59,015 nt of DNA from Peribolospora baueri. Its lineage: Eukaryota. The first letter of the stretch is position 1. Every line of letters begins with the position of its first letter. This document shows positions 12,518-24,996 of this stretch, piece after piece. Under the pieces are notes generated by a model. The model made no database searches, had not been told where the DNA came from, and worked only from the letters and a program-made list of their open reading frames with translations. A program made the translations under genes and the position numbers. Location: positions 372,001-431,015 of the forward strand of contig JAMDHS010000007.1 of NCBI GenBank assembly GCA_029717555.1. Direction: 5' to 3'.

Positions 12518-13207
12518 GTGAGTTAAGACGCTCGACTTACAGAATTCGCTCCTTCTCCTAGTCGGTATCCGGACGTAAGGTCGATTAACCGGTTGGTCAA
12601 GGTGCCCAAGGGGCTCTGAGCGCGTCTGGCCACTGGTCACCGTTTCGTCTCCACCTCGTCCCTGCTTCACACCAAACAATCCTCAGTGCGTGTGTCGCGA
12701 GTCATGTCTCTCAATTCCTGGTGTATTCCCTTCCTATAGCGTGCAGTGTATCCTAATCCCTCTCGAAACAGCGTGCGGGAATGGTTTATGTGCAATCAGT
12801 TGACGTTGAAGAATCACCGGTGACGAAAAACAGTTTCCAGCGGACAGAGCCGAGAAGGGAGGGAGAGGACAAGTGGACGGCCGAAACGGGCGGGGCCGTG
12901 ACGAGGAATGCTGAAGAGTTTTCTCGTTCATTCCTTCGTTCAGTCGAGCAAAAGAGAGGGGACTAGTAGTAGATATCGAGAGCGTTGCTGGCTGCCGTGG
13001 AAGTGGTGGTGGTCATCTCCGCTGGCCAGGAGCATCGAGATGGTGGTGACCACCGCGGTCGCCCATCGCTCCGGCGGGACTCGCGAGCCGCAGCGGACAT
13101 TTGGCGCACTGACCACCGACTCACTCATCCTTCTCCAGGAACTCGTCGTACCACAAGCGGCACCACCAATTAACTCGACAGATCCCATCGTCATACAAAT
13201 CCTCTTG

Positions 13208-14552
13208 ATGCGCGGTCCCACCGCTTCGCTCGTAGTCGCCGTCGCTTTTGCTCTCGTCGCCGTCACAGGCACTAGGGGCGAGACGGCCAACGACGCCGGT
13301 GAGACAGACGCCTGTCTAGCTGCTGCTTCATGACGACCAAACGCTGAGAGGCGATCGGAAGCCTATCCGACGAACCAGAGATCTCGCTAACCTGGGCTTT
13401 CTTTATCCACGACTCCCTCCACTTCGCTTCTCTCTTCCCTGCTGTGCGCTCTTTTTCAACACAGCTCGGCAGATTCGTGACCTTCTCGTGGACCCGGAGG
13501 TGGGCGGTATAGGCACCTTGTCGAGCGTCTACCCCGCCAATCACCACATCGCCGAGCTTGCAGGTAAGCGACATGTGGCATCATCGGATTTTAACACCGC
13601 TTGGACGTCCCAAGTTGGTCGTGCTGACCACGACTGCACTCGCAATTCGAACTTCGGGCCGACGGCATGACAGGCCGTCCTTTCGCCCTGCAGGAGTATT
13701 TCGCGCCGTGCTACGACGACGGGGATTTGACATTGCTAGCCATGCCCATCAGCCAGAACTATCGCAACGTCCTTTCCGATCCGTCTTCCGCCTCACCCTC
13801 CTCCGACTCGCGCTCGACGAGTCGGAACGAGCACCTGCGTAACGCGACCTTTACCGTCTCCCACCCGTCTCGACACCTCCTCCCGCACCCAGGAAAACCG
13901 CACTGGCGAACGGGCCCGGCAAGCAGGGGCAGGGTGACCGTGCTGGGGACGTTGGACGTGATAAAGAGCGAGGAGGAGAGGGCGAACGCGAGCGCGTGCT
14001 ATCGCGCTTGGCATCCTGACTCGACGGCTTGGACGGACGGCGAGGGCCCACACGTAGCATTCTGGGCTAGGTTGCGAGTGGAGAAGATTTACTGTAAGTC
14101 CGTCGTCTTCCGTCCATCCGTCCATCCCTTAACGTAGGGATACGCCGTCGGTGGCCTGAGTATGGCCTGTTCACCACCATCCGCCTGCCTGGCGGTTGGC
14201 TGGCCGGCTTGCGTCCCGTGGCCTGTGCGTCGTACACATGCTCTCGTTCTCAACTTATCTTGGCCACTCTTCCTCACTTCTTCTTTCTCTCACAGGGGTC
14301 GGCGGCTTTGGCGATGAGCACTTCGTCGGCTGGGTGCCTCCCCACCTCTACCGATCCGCTCGGCCCTCTCTCTCCCCGCTCGTCTTTCCTGCTTCACACC
14401 CTCTCCCGTCCGAGGTAGATTCGTCGACCGAGGACGAAGGTGAAGAGAGAGGGGGAACGGGTACGGAGGCGGAGTGGGTGCGCGAGTTGTTCGGAGAGAA
14501 GGAGTCGGAGGAAGGGAGGGGAAGGCTATACTTCCAGGCCGGCTTGGTCTGA
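13208..14552 (+). CDS. Secreted CREG-like FMN-binding split-barrel (pyridoxamine 5'-phosphate oxidase-like) protein
   Basis: Signal-peptide-like MRGPTASLVVAVAFALVAVTG, then GTLSSVYP, PFALQEYFAPC, RGRVTVLG, CYRAWHPDS and ARLRVEKIY|WVGGFGDEHFVGWVP. Confidence 0.85.
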
Positions 14553-15581
14553 TTGATGCCTTACCTGCCCGGCTCTGTACGTACATGCATAGCTAGATCA
14601 TGCCGGCATGCCGGCGTCCGCGTTCTTGATTGGCGACCAAGTCATTGTACTGTGGTTGCAACCCTGTAAGCGACACTCGTTCTGTCTTTGCGTTGCCTGG
14701 CTTTCCGTGCCCCCTCCGCTGTCGTCCAACCCGTGGGTGGTGGATGGGACACACCACCAGCCTGTGCGCAGGTCGTCGTCGTGACCGGCGTGACCGCAGT
14801 CGATGTTTGGCATCGCGACGCGTCTGACGGCCGCCGCTCGTCACATTTCCAGCGAATTCCTCTCGACGTCTAAACATCGTCGACCGTTGCATTCTTCCTT
14901 CCTCCCGCCATCCACCCATCCACCCATCCTCCCATCCTCCCATCCATTCATCCATTCATTTGTCTCTCTCTGCCTACGGCTTCCCTCGCTCTACTTTGGT
15001 TGGCTGGCTCGCCGGCTCGGTCGCCGGCCCCACTCGCGCTAGTACCGCCTGATCGAAGCCATCCCGATCTTCGCCATCCTGACACCCCAGACATCTCACC
15101 CTCCTCCTTCTTCCATCACCGCACACCATCTCATCTCTGCGAGCATTTCCCGCTCTCGCTTTGAGCGCACGCATACTTCCGCTCGCCTTTCCGACTCCCC
15201 ATCGGAGCGCGGCCGTCGGCTCGGCTCGCATTGGCAGGCAAGAAGCCACCTGGGCTGCGCTAACTAGCTAGGCGACGACGGCCAATACGCACTGTCCTCC
15301 TGGACCGCACCGACCTTCCCCGGTGGACTCGCGTGAGTGGGCACGCAGAAGACGGACGGCTGTGGCGCTGCAACCCGGCTCCGGTCTCTCGCTCCTTGAC
15401 CAAGCGCTCTCACTCCGTCCTCATTTGCCTCCTCTCCGGCCTGCGCTCACAGGCCCGTCAGTGACGAGGCCCAGTTGGAAAGAGACCAGGGCGTCCGCTT
15501 GTCGTCTATCAGAGACAGAGCGGAGTACGGAGCCGAAGGGCACGCAAGCCGGTTGCCATCATCGTCGTTGGCATCGTTGTA

Positions 15582-15607
15582 GCTGCTGCTGCTGCTGCTG
15601 CTGCTGT
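15582..15607 (+). repeat. (GCT)n trinucleotide repeat
   Basis: About 8 tandem GCT units upstream of the C2H2 gene. Confidence 0.8.
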
Positions 15608-16196
15608 CTTGCCAGCGGAGGCACTGAGCGAACGGGCCTGCCAGTCCCGCGGAACCTTCCCCAGCGGGCAGACACACCGGTCCAATCCCACTTGCGACGT
15701 AAATCAAACCTCGTCTTGACGAGGCACGGGCGTGAGCGTGCCTCTCGCCGTCACCGCGCTGGCGCCGTCGTCCTCGTCGACCGCCAACCGGGTCCCGCCC
15801 TCTCCGACCTCCTCACCCGCCCCGGTCGTCAGCATCCCTCTTATACCCTGCTCAGCGTCCGGTGAGTGCGGCCCCCTTTTCATCTTCTCCCAACGTCTCT
15901 CTCTCTCTCTTTTCCTCTCCACACTCTTTCATCTTCTAATCTTCCGGCCCTAGCTCGAGGAAGGGAAACTATTCGTCTTGCTTCACACCACTAATCTTTC
16001 TTCCCCCTCACTAATCGCCAACCTCACTCTCCTTTTCGCCTTTCAATCCCCCCACTGCACCGTCCGTCTCGTCGCATCGCCTCATCGGCTCGACCAACAC
16101 TCCTTTCGTCCGCAACATCCATCGCCTCCGGCCATCACATACACTGACACTCCTTTTTTCTCCCGACAAAACGCCTTTCCCGCCATCACCTTAAAC

Positions 16197-19100
16197 ATGG
16201 GTCCCGGGACGCTCGCTTTCTCGATGGGCTTTGGTCCTCCCCCGGACTATCATCCCGCTTCGCGCCCTCACCACCATCTTTCCATCGACACTCATTCATA
16301 CCCCGTGCAGCCGCCTTCGGCTCCCGTGATACCCCAAGTCGCCACCTTTGGCCCCGCGCCCGTGCTCCCCGACTCGCCCGTATCCCCTACGAGCTTCCTC
16401 CCAACCCTCACCGCCTTCACCAGCGGCCTCTCCGTCAACGATACCCCTCACTACCAAGAGCACGCGCACGTCGCCGCCCCGCATCCGGACTTCTCCAGCT
16501 ACTATCACCAGCGGCAAGTTCGGCAGCAGCACCAAAGGGAAGAAAAGCCGTTCGCGGTCAGCATTCAGCATCCTCATCCCTCCCACCAACGCCAACAACC
16601 TCAACATTACTTCCCGTCCGGCCTGGTCGGCGGTTACTCCGTATCCGTCTCCGCCTACCCTTCTCATTTCGGCATCTCGCCCTCGATGATGCCCACGCCG
16701 TCGTCCTCCTCCGCTTCAGGATCAGCCCGCCCCTCACCGCTTGAGGCCTCGGCTTTCCTTCCACCTGATCCGGGCTTGGCCGCTGAGTTGCAGCTACAGG
16801 CGATACAGCAGGCCAACGGCGATCCTAACCTCTTCCCCTGCCCGCATTGCGACAAGGCCTACAAGGGTAGACACGCCAGGAGCATCTGGAGAAGACACCT
16901 GCAGGACAAGCATCACATCCCGCTCAACAGTCAGCCGAGACGGACTCGATGGGACAACGGTGAGTACCCGTCCGGGGAATCGAGGTGCATTCACCGCCGA
17001 CCCATGTCGTTCTCGTCTTTCTCAACGCGATGGTCTCCTGCTTTGTTAGATGCCAACCGTCCGAAGACGGCCGAGGAGCGCCGTGAACGGATGCTGGAGA
17101 GCAAGAGGCGATGGGCGCGCAAGAAGCGCCTCTCCGAGAAGGCCAAGACTCTTGGCCTAGAGGAGGGCGTGACGTCTGAGCCGGAAGAGGAAGAAGACGC
17201 GTCGGAGATGCACGCCGCTCTTGCCAATTGTGAAAACGTCCCGTCCGTTGGAAGGCGCTCTCTTCCAGCCGTCCACCTCAAGCCGGCGCTCGCCATCCAC
17301 GAGCAAGGCGCCGGTACGCCGCGCACGGCCCTCGGCGTCAAGGACACGAACGTCTTCGGCAGCCCTAGCATCAAGCGCGGTTTCGTCGCGTCCCCTCGAT
17401 GCGTCCTGAGCGAGAAGGGTAAGAAGGCCGTTGGCGCGTTCTCCCCTCGTCGGAAGGCTCAAGGAGACGAGAACCAGCAGCCCGCTCCGTGCTACGAATC
17501 CGTTTCCGGCCTCGGCCTCGCCCTCGGCTTCTCCCCCCGCAAGCAGCAGCAAAAGGGCAGTCACGGCTCGGGCCCAGGACTCGCCAGTGCGCTCGGCCTC
17601 GGTAGCGCATCTCCTTTCAGCGTTGGGCCTCCGGCTAACAAGCGTCGACGTTCTAGCGAGGTCGACACTGAGGACGCGTTCCAGCTGAAGTTCGTCCCGC
17701 CCCATGAGACCGCCTCAGCGTCGTACTTCGAGCCCACCCACGTCGACTTCTCCGCCGCCGTATCCACGTCCATGCATGCTAGCACCCATGGTAGCCAGCT
17801 CGCTGAAGCCCTCGCGTTCTGTGATCCGCCTTCGACAACCTTGGCTGCCGTCGACGCTGCTCTGACGACCCAGCCGACGCCATTGGCTGAAAGCGCGAAC
17901 ATTCTCCCTGCGCCTCCGAGCCTGAAGAAGGGCTATGACCAGCACCAGGCTGCTTTCCAGCTTCTCGCCCTCAAGACCGGAAGCAGCTCTCCGCTTCAAG
18001 ACGCGGCGGAACACGGCTCTAAGGGTGACACTGATCGCACCGCAGCCACGCGTCCGGCGAGGCACGCACGCAAACCTAGCTCTCGCACGAATCGTGGTCC
18101 GTCAATTCAGATGGGCCGTCCCGACAGCGACGACGAGGGCTCGGACGACGATGCCCAAGTTGAAGGCCTCGCCTTGGCGGCCAACGACGCGAGTCCGACA
18201 CCCAAGCCGCGCACACTGTCCTCGTCCGGCTCACGTTCTCACGTCGCACCCCCTTTCACCCTTCCCACATCCACACTCACGACCTCTCGTAGCTCGCTCG
18301 CGGGCGCAATGGCCAGCCCTTCCAACCCTTTCGCGAAGCCGCACTCTTCCTCAAGCCAGAGCCATCACCATCCCTACCATCCCTCTGAACTCCGTGCTGA
18401 TGAGGGCGGCTCGCCGCGCCGGGGCGCCGGCGGTGCGAAGACCGGGATGCGTCCGGACAGCTCTCCTCCGTTCGCGTCATCCGGAGGACGGGGTCCACAA
18501 GACGCTGCGGCGGTGGTGCAGCGAGGCGGGGACGACACGGTTGAGCGCGGCGCACTGTTCGCCAGCGGCGCGCTCGCCAGCAGCCAGGGTTCGAATCGCA
18601 CCCTCGCTAGCTTAGCCGCCACGACGCCGTTCAGAGATTCGCTCCTCGGCCACGGCGGGAGCGCGGGTTCTGGCTCCTTCTCGAACAGCTCGTCGCCTAT
18701 CAACCCGTTCTCCGCGAGCTCGTCCTCCGCTCGAAGAACGTCGTACCCGGCCGGCTCCACCTCTGGCTTCGGCAGCGGTTCGATCATCCACCCGAACGGC
18801 ACGCCCTCGAGCGTGTTCCGCCGCGGCGTGGGCTCCAATTCATCTGCCTACGCGCACGATAGGAACGGTAGCGGCGTGACGTCCTTTACGCTCAGCTCCC
18901 CTCACAGTCTGAACCTCACTTCTTCGCTCGGTCTCGCCCCTGGGCCCCTTCCTTCCTCTTACGGAGGAAGCGGCGGCGGCGGGAGCGGGGGAGGTGGAGG
19001 TGCCACGGGAGGGAGCGGAGGTGGAGGTGGTTTCGGCACCCCCTTCGGTACAAGCTCCATGTCCTTCCTCTTTGGCACTCCTGGAGGCGGCCTCGGTTCC

Positions 19101-19277
19101 TTGGCCAGCGCAGGAGGCGTCGGGTACACCGGCCTCACGCCAGGCGGGTTCGGCTTCGACGGCACGCCTTGTAAAATCGGCGGAGGGTCGAGCGTGTCCG
19201 GCACGCCCCTCGGCGGCTCCAACTCTGGCGACGAGGTCGTCGGGCGACTGACGACGAACAAACGGAAGTCAAGTTAA
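16197..19277 (+). CDS. Large low-complexity protein with a single C2H2 zinc finger and basic helix (probable transcription factor); start codon uncertain
   Basis: CPHCDKAYKGRHARSIWRRHLQDKH finger, then RRERMLESKRRWARKKR basic region; a 90-nt in-frame GT-AG intron at 16960-17049; long Ser/Gly/Pro-rich remainder. Confidence 0.8.
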   Translation: MGPGTLAFSMGFGPPPDYHPASRPHHHLSIDTHSYPVQPPSAPVIPQVATFGPAPVLPDSPVSPTSFLPTLTAFTSGLSVNDTPHYQEHAHVAAPHPDFSSYYHQRQVRQQHQREEKPFAVSIQHPHPSHQRQQPQHYFPSGLVGGYSVSVSAYPSHFGISPSMMPTPSSSSASGSARPSPLEASAFLPPDPGLAAELQLQAIQQANGDPNLFPCPHCDKAYKGRHARSIWRRHLQDKHHIPLNSQPRRTRWDNGEYPSGESRCIHRRPMSFSSFSTRWSPALLDANRPKTAEERRERMLESKRRWARKKRLSEKAKTLGLEEGVTSEPEEEEDASEMHAALANCENVPSVGRRSLPAVHLKPALAIHEQGAGTPRTALGVKDTNVFGSPSIKRGFVASPRCVLSEKGKKAVGAFSPRRKAQGDENQQPAPCYESVSGLGLALGFSPRKQQQKGSHGSGPGLASALGLGSASPFSVGPPANKRRRSSEVDTEDAFQLKFVPPHETASASYFEPTHVDFSAAVSTSMHASTHGSQLAEALAFCDPPSTTLAAVDAALTTQPTPLAESANILPAPPSLKKGYDQHQAAFQLLALKTGSSSPLQDAAEHGSKGDTDRTAATRPARHARKPSSRTNRGPSIQMGRPDSDDEGSDDDAQVEGLALAANDASPTPKPRTLSSSGSRSHVAPPFTLPTSTLTTSRSSLAGAMASPSNPFAKPHSSSSQSHHHPYHPSELRADEGGSPRRGAGGAKTGMRPDSSPPFASSGGRGPQDAAAVVQRGGDDTVERGALFASGALASSQGSNRTLASLAATTPFRDSLLGHGGSAGSGSFSNSSSPINPFSASSSSARRTSYPAGSTSGFGSGSIIHPNGTPSSVFRRGVGSNSSAYAHDRNGSGVTSFTLSSPHSLNLTSSLGLAPGPLPSSYGGSGGGGSGGGGGATGGSGGGGGFGTPFGTSSMSFLFGTPGGGLGSLASAGGVGYTGLTPGGFGFDGTPCKIGGGSSVSGTPLGGSNSGDEVVGRLTTNKRKSS

Positions 19278-20087
19278 AGAGAAAGCAAGTGGTGCTTCAG
19301 AGCGAATGTTTCAGTCTATCTGTCTATTCCGTTCAGTCCACTCCTCGGTCGTCGCCCATGTATTGTAGACTGCACATAGTCGTGGAAGGGCACGAAGTCG
19401 AATTGTCACTCTCATTCCTCGAGCCGATTCACTAAGGTCCTTTTGTCCTTGCCTGTGAGAGGCGGCGCGAGCACGTGATGCGAGGCAGGCACGCAGAAGG
19501 GAAAAAATGGGATATCCTTAAGAGGAGAGGATAGCAGCTCGAAAAGGCAACAGGACATCGGATAGAATACATGTGGGTCGTCGACGACGGGTGTACCTCG
19601 TGCCTCGCATTTGTTCTCGAGGCCGTCCGTCCCTCGTCTCCTTCACATCTAAGAGCACACGTGAGGGCGAGGGCAGCGAAAGGTGGGTGGGGTGGGGGGG
19701 TATAGGCAGGCAGGACATCCCAAGATCTGAACGCCGTCGGCATCTAGCAAGCAAGCAGCGCACCGACCGATGGATTGGGGGGGGGCGGGGGGGGGGGGGG
19801 CGGAAGTTCGTGTTTGGATCTATAGACGTCTACAATCCCACACCTGTTTAGTCTAGGCGTTACATCGTGCGATTTCGACTTGACACTCGGATCCGACGGA
19901 GACGCGGAAAAAAAATATGAGTTGGGTTGAAAAAAAAGAAGAGAAGAGAGAAGAGAAGAGAAGAGACGAAAAGGCATCCATCCGGGCGTGAGCCAGCGAA
20001 GAAGGAGAGCCGCGGGGCGAAACCGGCGTAGACGAACGACGACGCATAAGGTGGCCGCAGGCCGCGCCGGAAAAGAGACGCGGCGTC

Positions 20088-22560
20088 TTAAGCGGTAGCG
20101 TCCTTGGACGAGTTCTCGTCCACAGCCATCTCCTTGAGCTCGGGCCGCCTCTTGTCGCCGAAATGAGACCGGAGGGCGACCTCGACGTCGTCGGCAGACA
20201 TGTACGGCTTGGTGACGGAGAGGTACGTGGCGCTCGTCATGCCGCGTCCCTTCGTGCGCTCCTGATGAGCTTCGGCGAAGATGAGGTCCATCTGAGGGCG
20301 GTGGCGAGAAGGACACAGGACACAGGACGATAAGTGCGCGCGCCCCCCAAGATACTCATTAATCTGGCCTCCGACGAGATCGACTCACCTCCTCCAGAGA
20401 CCGTCGCTTCGTCTCGGGGAACAAGATGTAGATCACGGGAATGAAGGCGGCGTTGAGGACGGCGAAGATGATGTACGTCTTGTACTTGATGTTGGAGAAC
20501 GAAGGGGGAGTGATCATGACGATAAGGAAGTTGAAGAGCTGGAAGGCGGTAAGAATGGTCATGGCGAAGAGATGGATGTCAGGAGAAGGGCGGAGGTCAG
20601 AGACGTGGCTCGAAAGCAGTCCATCATCGATAAATTGGCGAGACAAAAAAGCACTTACCCAGTTGGAGGAAGTGGCGATGGCGGAGGCCTGCGCACGGAT
20701 GCGGATGGGAGTGATCTCGGCAGGGTCTGATTTGATTTAAAAAAAAAAAACAGAAGGGGGCGAACGTCGGTCAGTCGTCACAAGCGCAACATCTCGCAAC
20801 GCGACTCGAGGACGACTTCTGCATACGGACTCACAGAGCCAAGTCATGCCAAGCCATCCGAAGGCGAACCAGGTGTTGAAAAGGAACAAGAACACGGCGG
20901 CAGCGTAGCTCGATCCCTTAGCCAAGCTGGTGCCGTCCGGTTGCAGGTTGGCCTCGACAGCGCTGACGGTGCCCGCAAGGACGGCCATCGAGGCTGACAT
21001 GAGCGCGGCGGTGTAAATCATGAGGTTGCGCCTTCCAAAGGTGTCGATCATGAAGAGAGCGGCGATAGAAGCGAGGAAGTACTCCGTTCCATTGAAGGCC
21101 GCGAGCAGACGAGCGAGGTTGTCGTCCGGAACGATGCTCTTGAACACGGTCGTGGCGTAGTAAGTGATCAGGCTGCGCAGAAAGGGAGGCAAAAGAAAAA
21201 AAAAAACGTCAGTATTGGACGGTGCGACCATTCCCAGCCGAGTTTCCGGAGGACGGTAGGAGGCTACTTGATGGTACTCACTTGATGCCAGACAGCTGCT
21301 GGAACGCCTGGGCGATGACCGCGATGGACGCGCGGTAGAAGTTCTGCTCAGGACCGCAAGTGAAGAGCTCCTTGTAGCTGAACGAGCTGAGCTCGCGCTC
21401 TTGCCAGTTGATGCTGTCCTCAAGCGTCTTGGCCTCGAGCTGGACCCTGGGGTCATCGACGGTCGTGTTGTCGAGCCGGGCGAGGATGACGCGCGCCTTT
21501 TCGACCTCTCTGTGCTTGATGAGCCATCGCGGGGACTCGGGCAAGGCAAGGATACCGAGGAGGAGGATGGTGGCGAAGACGCACTGGAAGGCGATGGGGA
21601 CTGTGTCGGAAGAGAAGCATGCTCAATGTCAGCAAAAGTAAGAGATTGTTCTCCCAAAAAAACACGCCGGGAGCATATCCAGTACTCACATCGCCACTGC
21701 ACGCTGCTTCCCTGGATGAAATGGAAGCCGTAGTCAATCCAGTCTGAAAAAGGGTTGCATTTGTGCGAACGTGTGAGTCAAAATGAGTTAACGCGAGCAT
21801 CTAAGACCGGCGTAAGTGGGAATAAAAAGAAGACTCACAAGAGATCATGATTCCGGCGCTGATCAATGAACCCTCAATCAGCACGAGCTTTCCGCGGTTG
21901 TGCGCCTTGGTCGTCTCGGACTGCCACATGGGAAGGGTGGACGTGTTCATGCCGTTGCCAATACCCGTGACGATACGGCCGACGGTGAACTGGCCGAGGG
22001 AGTACGCGGAGGCCATGATAACGGCGCCAACGATCATAGTGATGGCGCCGATGACGACCGACAAACGACGGCCCATGGCGTCCCCTCTCCAGAGAACGAT
22101 GAGGGAGCCGACGAGAGCACCGATTTCGTAAATCTGTGGGTTCGTCGGTTGCGAGCAAGGGAGCAGAAAGGATTAAAATAAATTAGCAGGAGAGGGGCCG
22201 TGGAGAAGACTGCAATGGGTTAACTCACAGCAACGACTGCACCCTGCACGTTGGAATCGGCCTGGATGTTGCCGTACGATCCGATTTTCGGGAATTGAAC
22301 CGCGAACGCCTGCTCCGTGAGGAGACCGCTCATGACACCTTGGTCATAACCGAACAAGAGGAACTTGGAAAACGGAGCGAAGAGCGTGGGGTGGATCGAT
22401 CAGCGTCAACAGGAGACTCGGACCGGTCGCTATCGCCAGCTTGCATAGAAGCACTCGCTCGCTCACTCACTCCGGTGGAAGCGATCAAGGCGATGGCTGC
22501 GGTGAGGGCGTGTCCTTTGATGTAGGACCCCCCGAACATCTCGGGTAGGAGGAACACCAT
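20088..22560 (-). CDS. MFS sugar porter, STL1-like (glycerol/sugar:H+ symporter)
   Basis: FGYDQG, GRRLS, GRIVTGIGNGMNTSTLPMWQSE, WRLPIAFQ-like, PESPRWL, QQLSGI, PETKRRSLEE and MDLIFAEAH motifs over many exons. Confidence 0.93.
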
Positions 22561-24888
22561 CTTGTCTGTCTCAAGCTTGACTTTTATGCACGGCTTGCTT
22601 GTTGAGTACGGAAGCGTGTGTTACCTGTCGAGCAGAATGGGAGACCTTCTCACAATGAGCGTCGAGGCTGCGATGCCACCTCTTGGGGACAAGGGAGGAT
22701 GGTGGTAGAGAGCGGGTAGGGGGAGGGGGAATGCGGGGTAGACGGGGGGTATGAGAAGATGGAAGAAGGGAAGAGAGTCGTGTGCGCGGTCGGTCGTAGT
22801 CTTATACGCCACCTCCCTCGCTGGGACGGTTTGGTCGAGCGTTGGCGTTGGAGGTGGAGCACGGTGAGCCGAGGAGGAAGGGGACGAGGGAGGCGAACTA
22901 AGGTGTTTAGTCTGAGGAACATGGAAAAAGTTCTTCGCCCTGCCTACCCTCTCACAGGTACTAGCTCTCAAAGGAGCCGTGTACTGACGTGGCCAAGCCT
23001 TCTCAGGGGCCGAACTGGCTGATGTCCAGTGGCTAAAGGCCTGGCGTGGAGAGCGGGGGGGAGCGGGAAGGCGCAACCTGAAAAGGAAGGTGAGACAACA
23101 AGTTCCGGAGGGATGGGCCAGTGGCGAGGGATAGCGGAGGACCAAGGGCAGTGGGCGCGACAGGGCGTGGCGAGGAGCGAGCGCGTGCGTCGCGCGGGGT
23201 GGTAGCGAGTGGGAGTGGGCCCCGATTCGGACGCCCGCATCCGTCATGACGCCAACGTGCTTCCCTGCCGAGCAGCACGATGAGCGAATGATGCCTGACG
23301 CTGCCTGTCGCGGTGTGGCTGGACGAGGAGGGGAGGAAGGTGCTCTCGGATGGTTCCGACACCCGCCCGCCACAGCCGGCGGCAAGAAAACTTCCAGCGC
23401 CGAGTGTTTCGCTTTCTACATTTTTATGCACACAGAAAACACGCATGCGGACATGGCCGTCCGCACCCAGGGCGTAGACGGGGTGCATTGCAGGACAAGG
23501 ACTGCCGACGACATGGCGATGGGCAGCTGGGCGTCGAGACGGAGGTCCATGCGAAGGCACAGAAGAGCGGGGAACGCGGGCAGAAGCTGGGGAGGTGGCG
23601 CGCCCATTGGACCTAACGGTGTCGTACCGCCGGCCAAGCGCGAGGGCGGGGGCGAGGGGTAGACGGAGAGACAAGGAGAGAGGGGAGAGGGGGAGAAGGT
23701 CTCAGGTGAAACGACGGGAATGACATGGCCGGCGTGGAGGAGCAACTCGATCGGGCTCGGCGACTTGTGCGACGTATCGATGATCGATGTTGATCGGCTG
23801 CGGCCGATAGAGATCAGCAGCATTGCTTCCGCTGTGTCGGCGTTTTGCCTGCGTCGGCACTCTGCCTAAACAACAACAAAGACGCCGAGCCGTTCTTTGG
23901 TGCGTCCGGCCGACTCGGCTCTCGCTGTGGCTCGTCTTGTCTTGTTCGACACTCGACGCTCGCTGAACCTCGAACCTCGAATGCTTTCACAAGCGGCCCA
24001 TGCTCGTCGCTGGGCGAGCGCAGGCGAGGCGGCGGCCACGACGCTTGCTCGCCCTCGTCCTTCCTCAGTCCTGGGTCCTGACTCCTGCCGGCGGCGTGAA
24101 GCCAACAGCAACACCCCGCATGTCCAACCAACGGACGGGCGGTCCTGACCGCAACCTCGGACTGCACCCGTCATGTCGCCCATGGGGTAAGCGGACGGCT
24201 AATCCAATGCCCGTGCTTTCTCGACGTGCAGACGGAGACATGTGCGAGACATGCGCGACGTGATGACATGAACGCAGGTACTCTCTCTCTCTGCGCACGG
24301 GCAGGCGTCGAGATTGCGTACGCACTCCACATGCAGATGGAGGAAAGGGCTGCGCAGGCGCTCCACCTTCCCTCCCCGTCGTTGAGGAACCTGTTCAGCT
24401 CGACGGCCAGTGTCTTTCTTCTTTTTTTCTTTGCCCTCTGCAGTGGCGCAGTTCTTCCATCCAATCCATGGCCAATGACGACACGCCGGGGACCAAACCA
24501 AGGCAAGGCAACCTTACAGAGCTTTCATTGGTCCACACGCCCGAGCGGCGCGGCGCGGCGGTGTTGCTGGTGGCGGAGACTCCCACTAGGCTCGCTAGAC
24601 TACACGGACGGAGACTCGGCCGAGCAAACCGCAAGGAACACCGATGACCCATCCTAAACGCCAGACATATTCATCCCTCGCGCCTCCTGTGTCACCTCCA
24701 GACGTTCATTCTCCGTCCCGCCCCCTCCCTCCAAACGACAGACGTGCCGTCCCCTTTGCTTAAGAGGACAGCGGCGGCCGGCAGGACCGTTCGGCGGGAG
24801 AGTGTTGGTTGACAATTAGAGCACGCGGTTGGGGGGACGGCGGAGTGAGGCGATCCTGACTGGACTCGACCGCCTGAGATACGTGAAC

Positions 24889-24996
24889 GTCGTGTCGTGT
24901 CGTGTCGTGTCGTGTCGTGTCGTGTCGTGTCGTGTCGTGTCGTGTCGCTCGTGTCGTGTCGCTCGTGTCGTGTCGTTCGTGTCGTTCGTGTCGTGT
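24889..24996 (+). repeat. (CGTGT)n microsatellite decaying into longer variant units
   Basis: About 11 perfect CGTGT units, then CGCTCGTGT and CGTTCGTGT variants. Confidence 0.92.

Noticed and set aside
22621..24657. Many overlapping 80-250 aa ORFs upstream of the sugar transporter
   Set aside because: Arg/Pro/Ser-rich translations typical of stop-poor GC-rich non-coding DNA, with no codon bias or domain signal.
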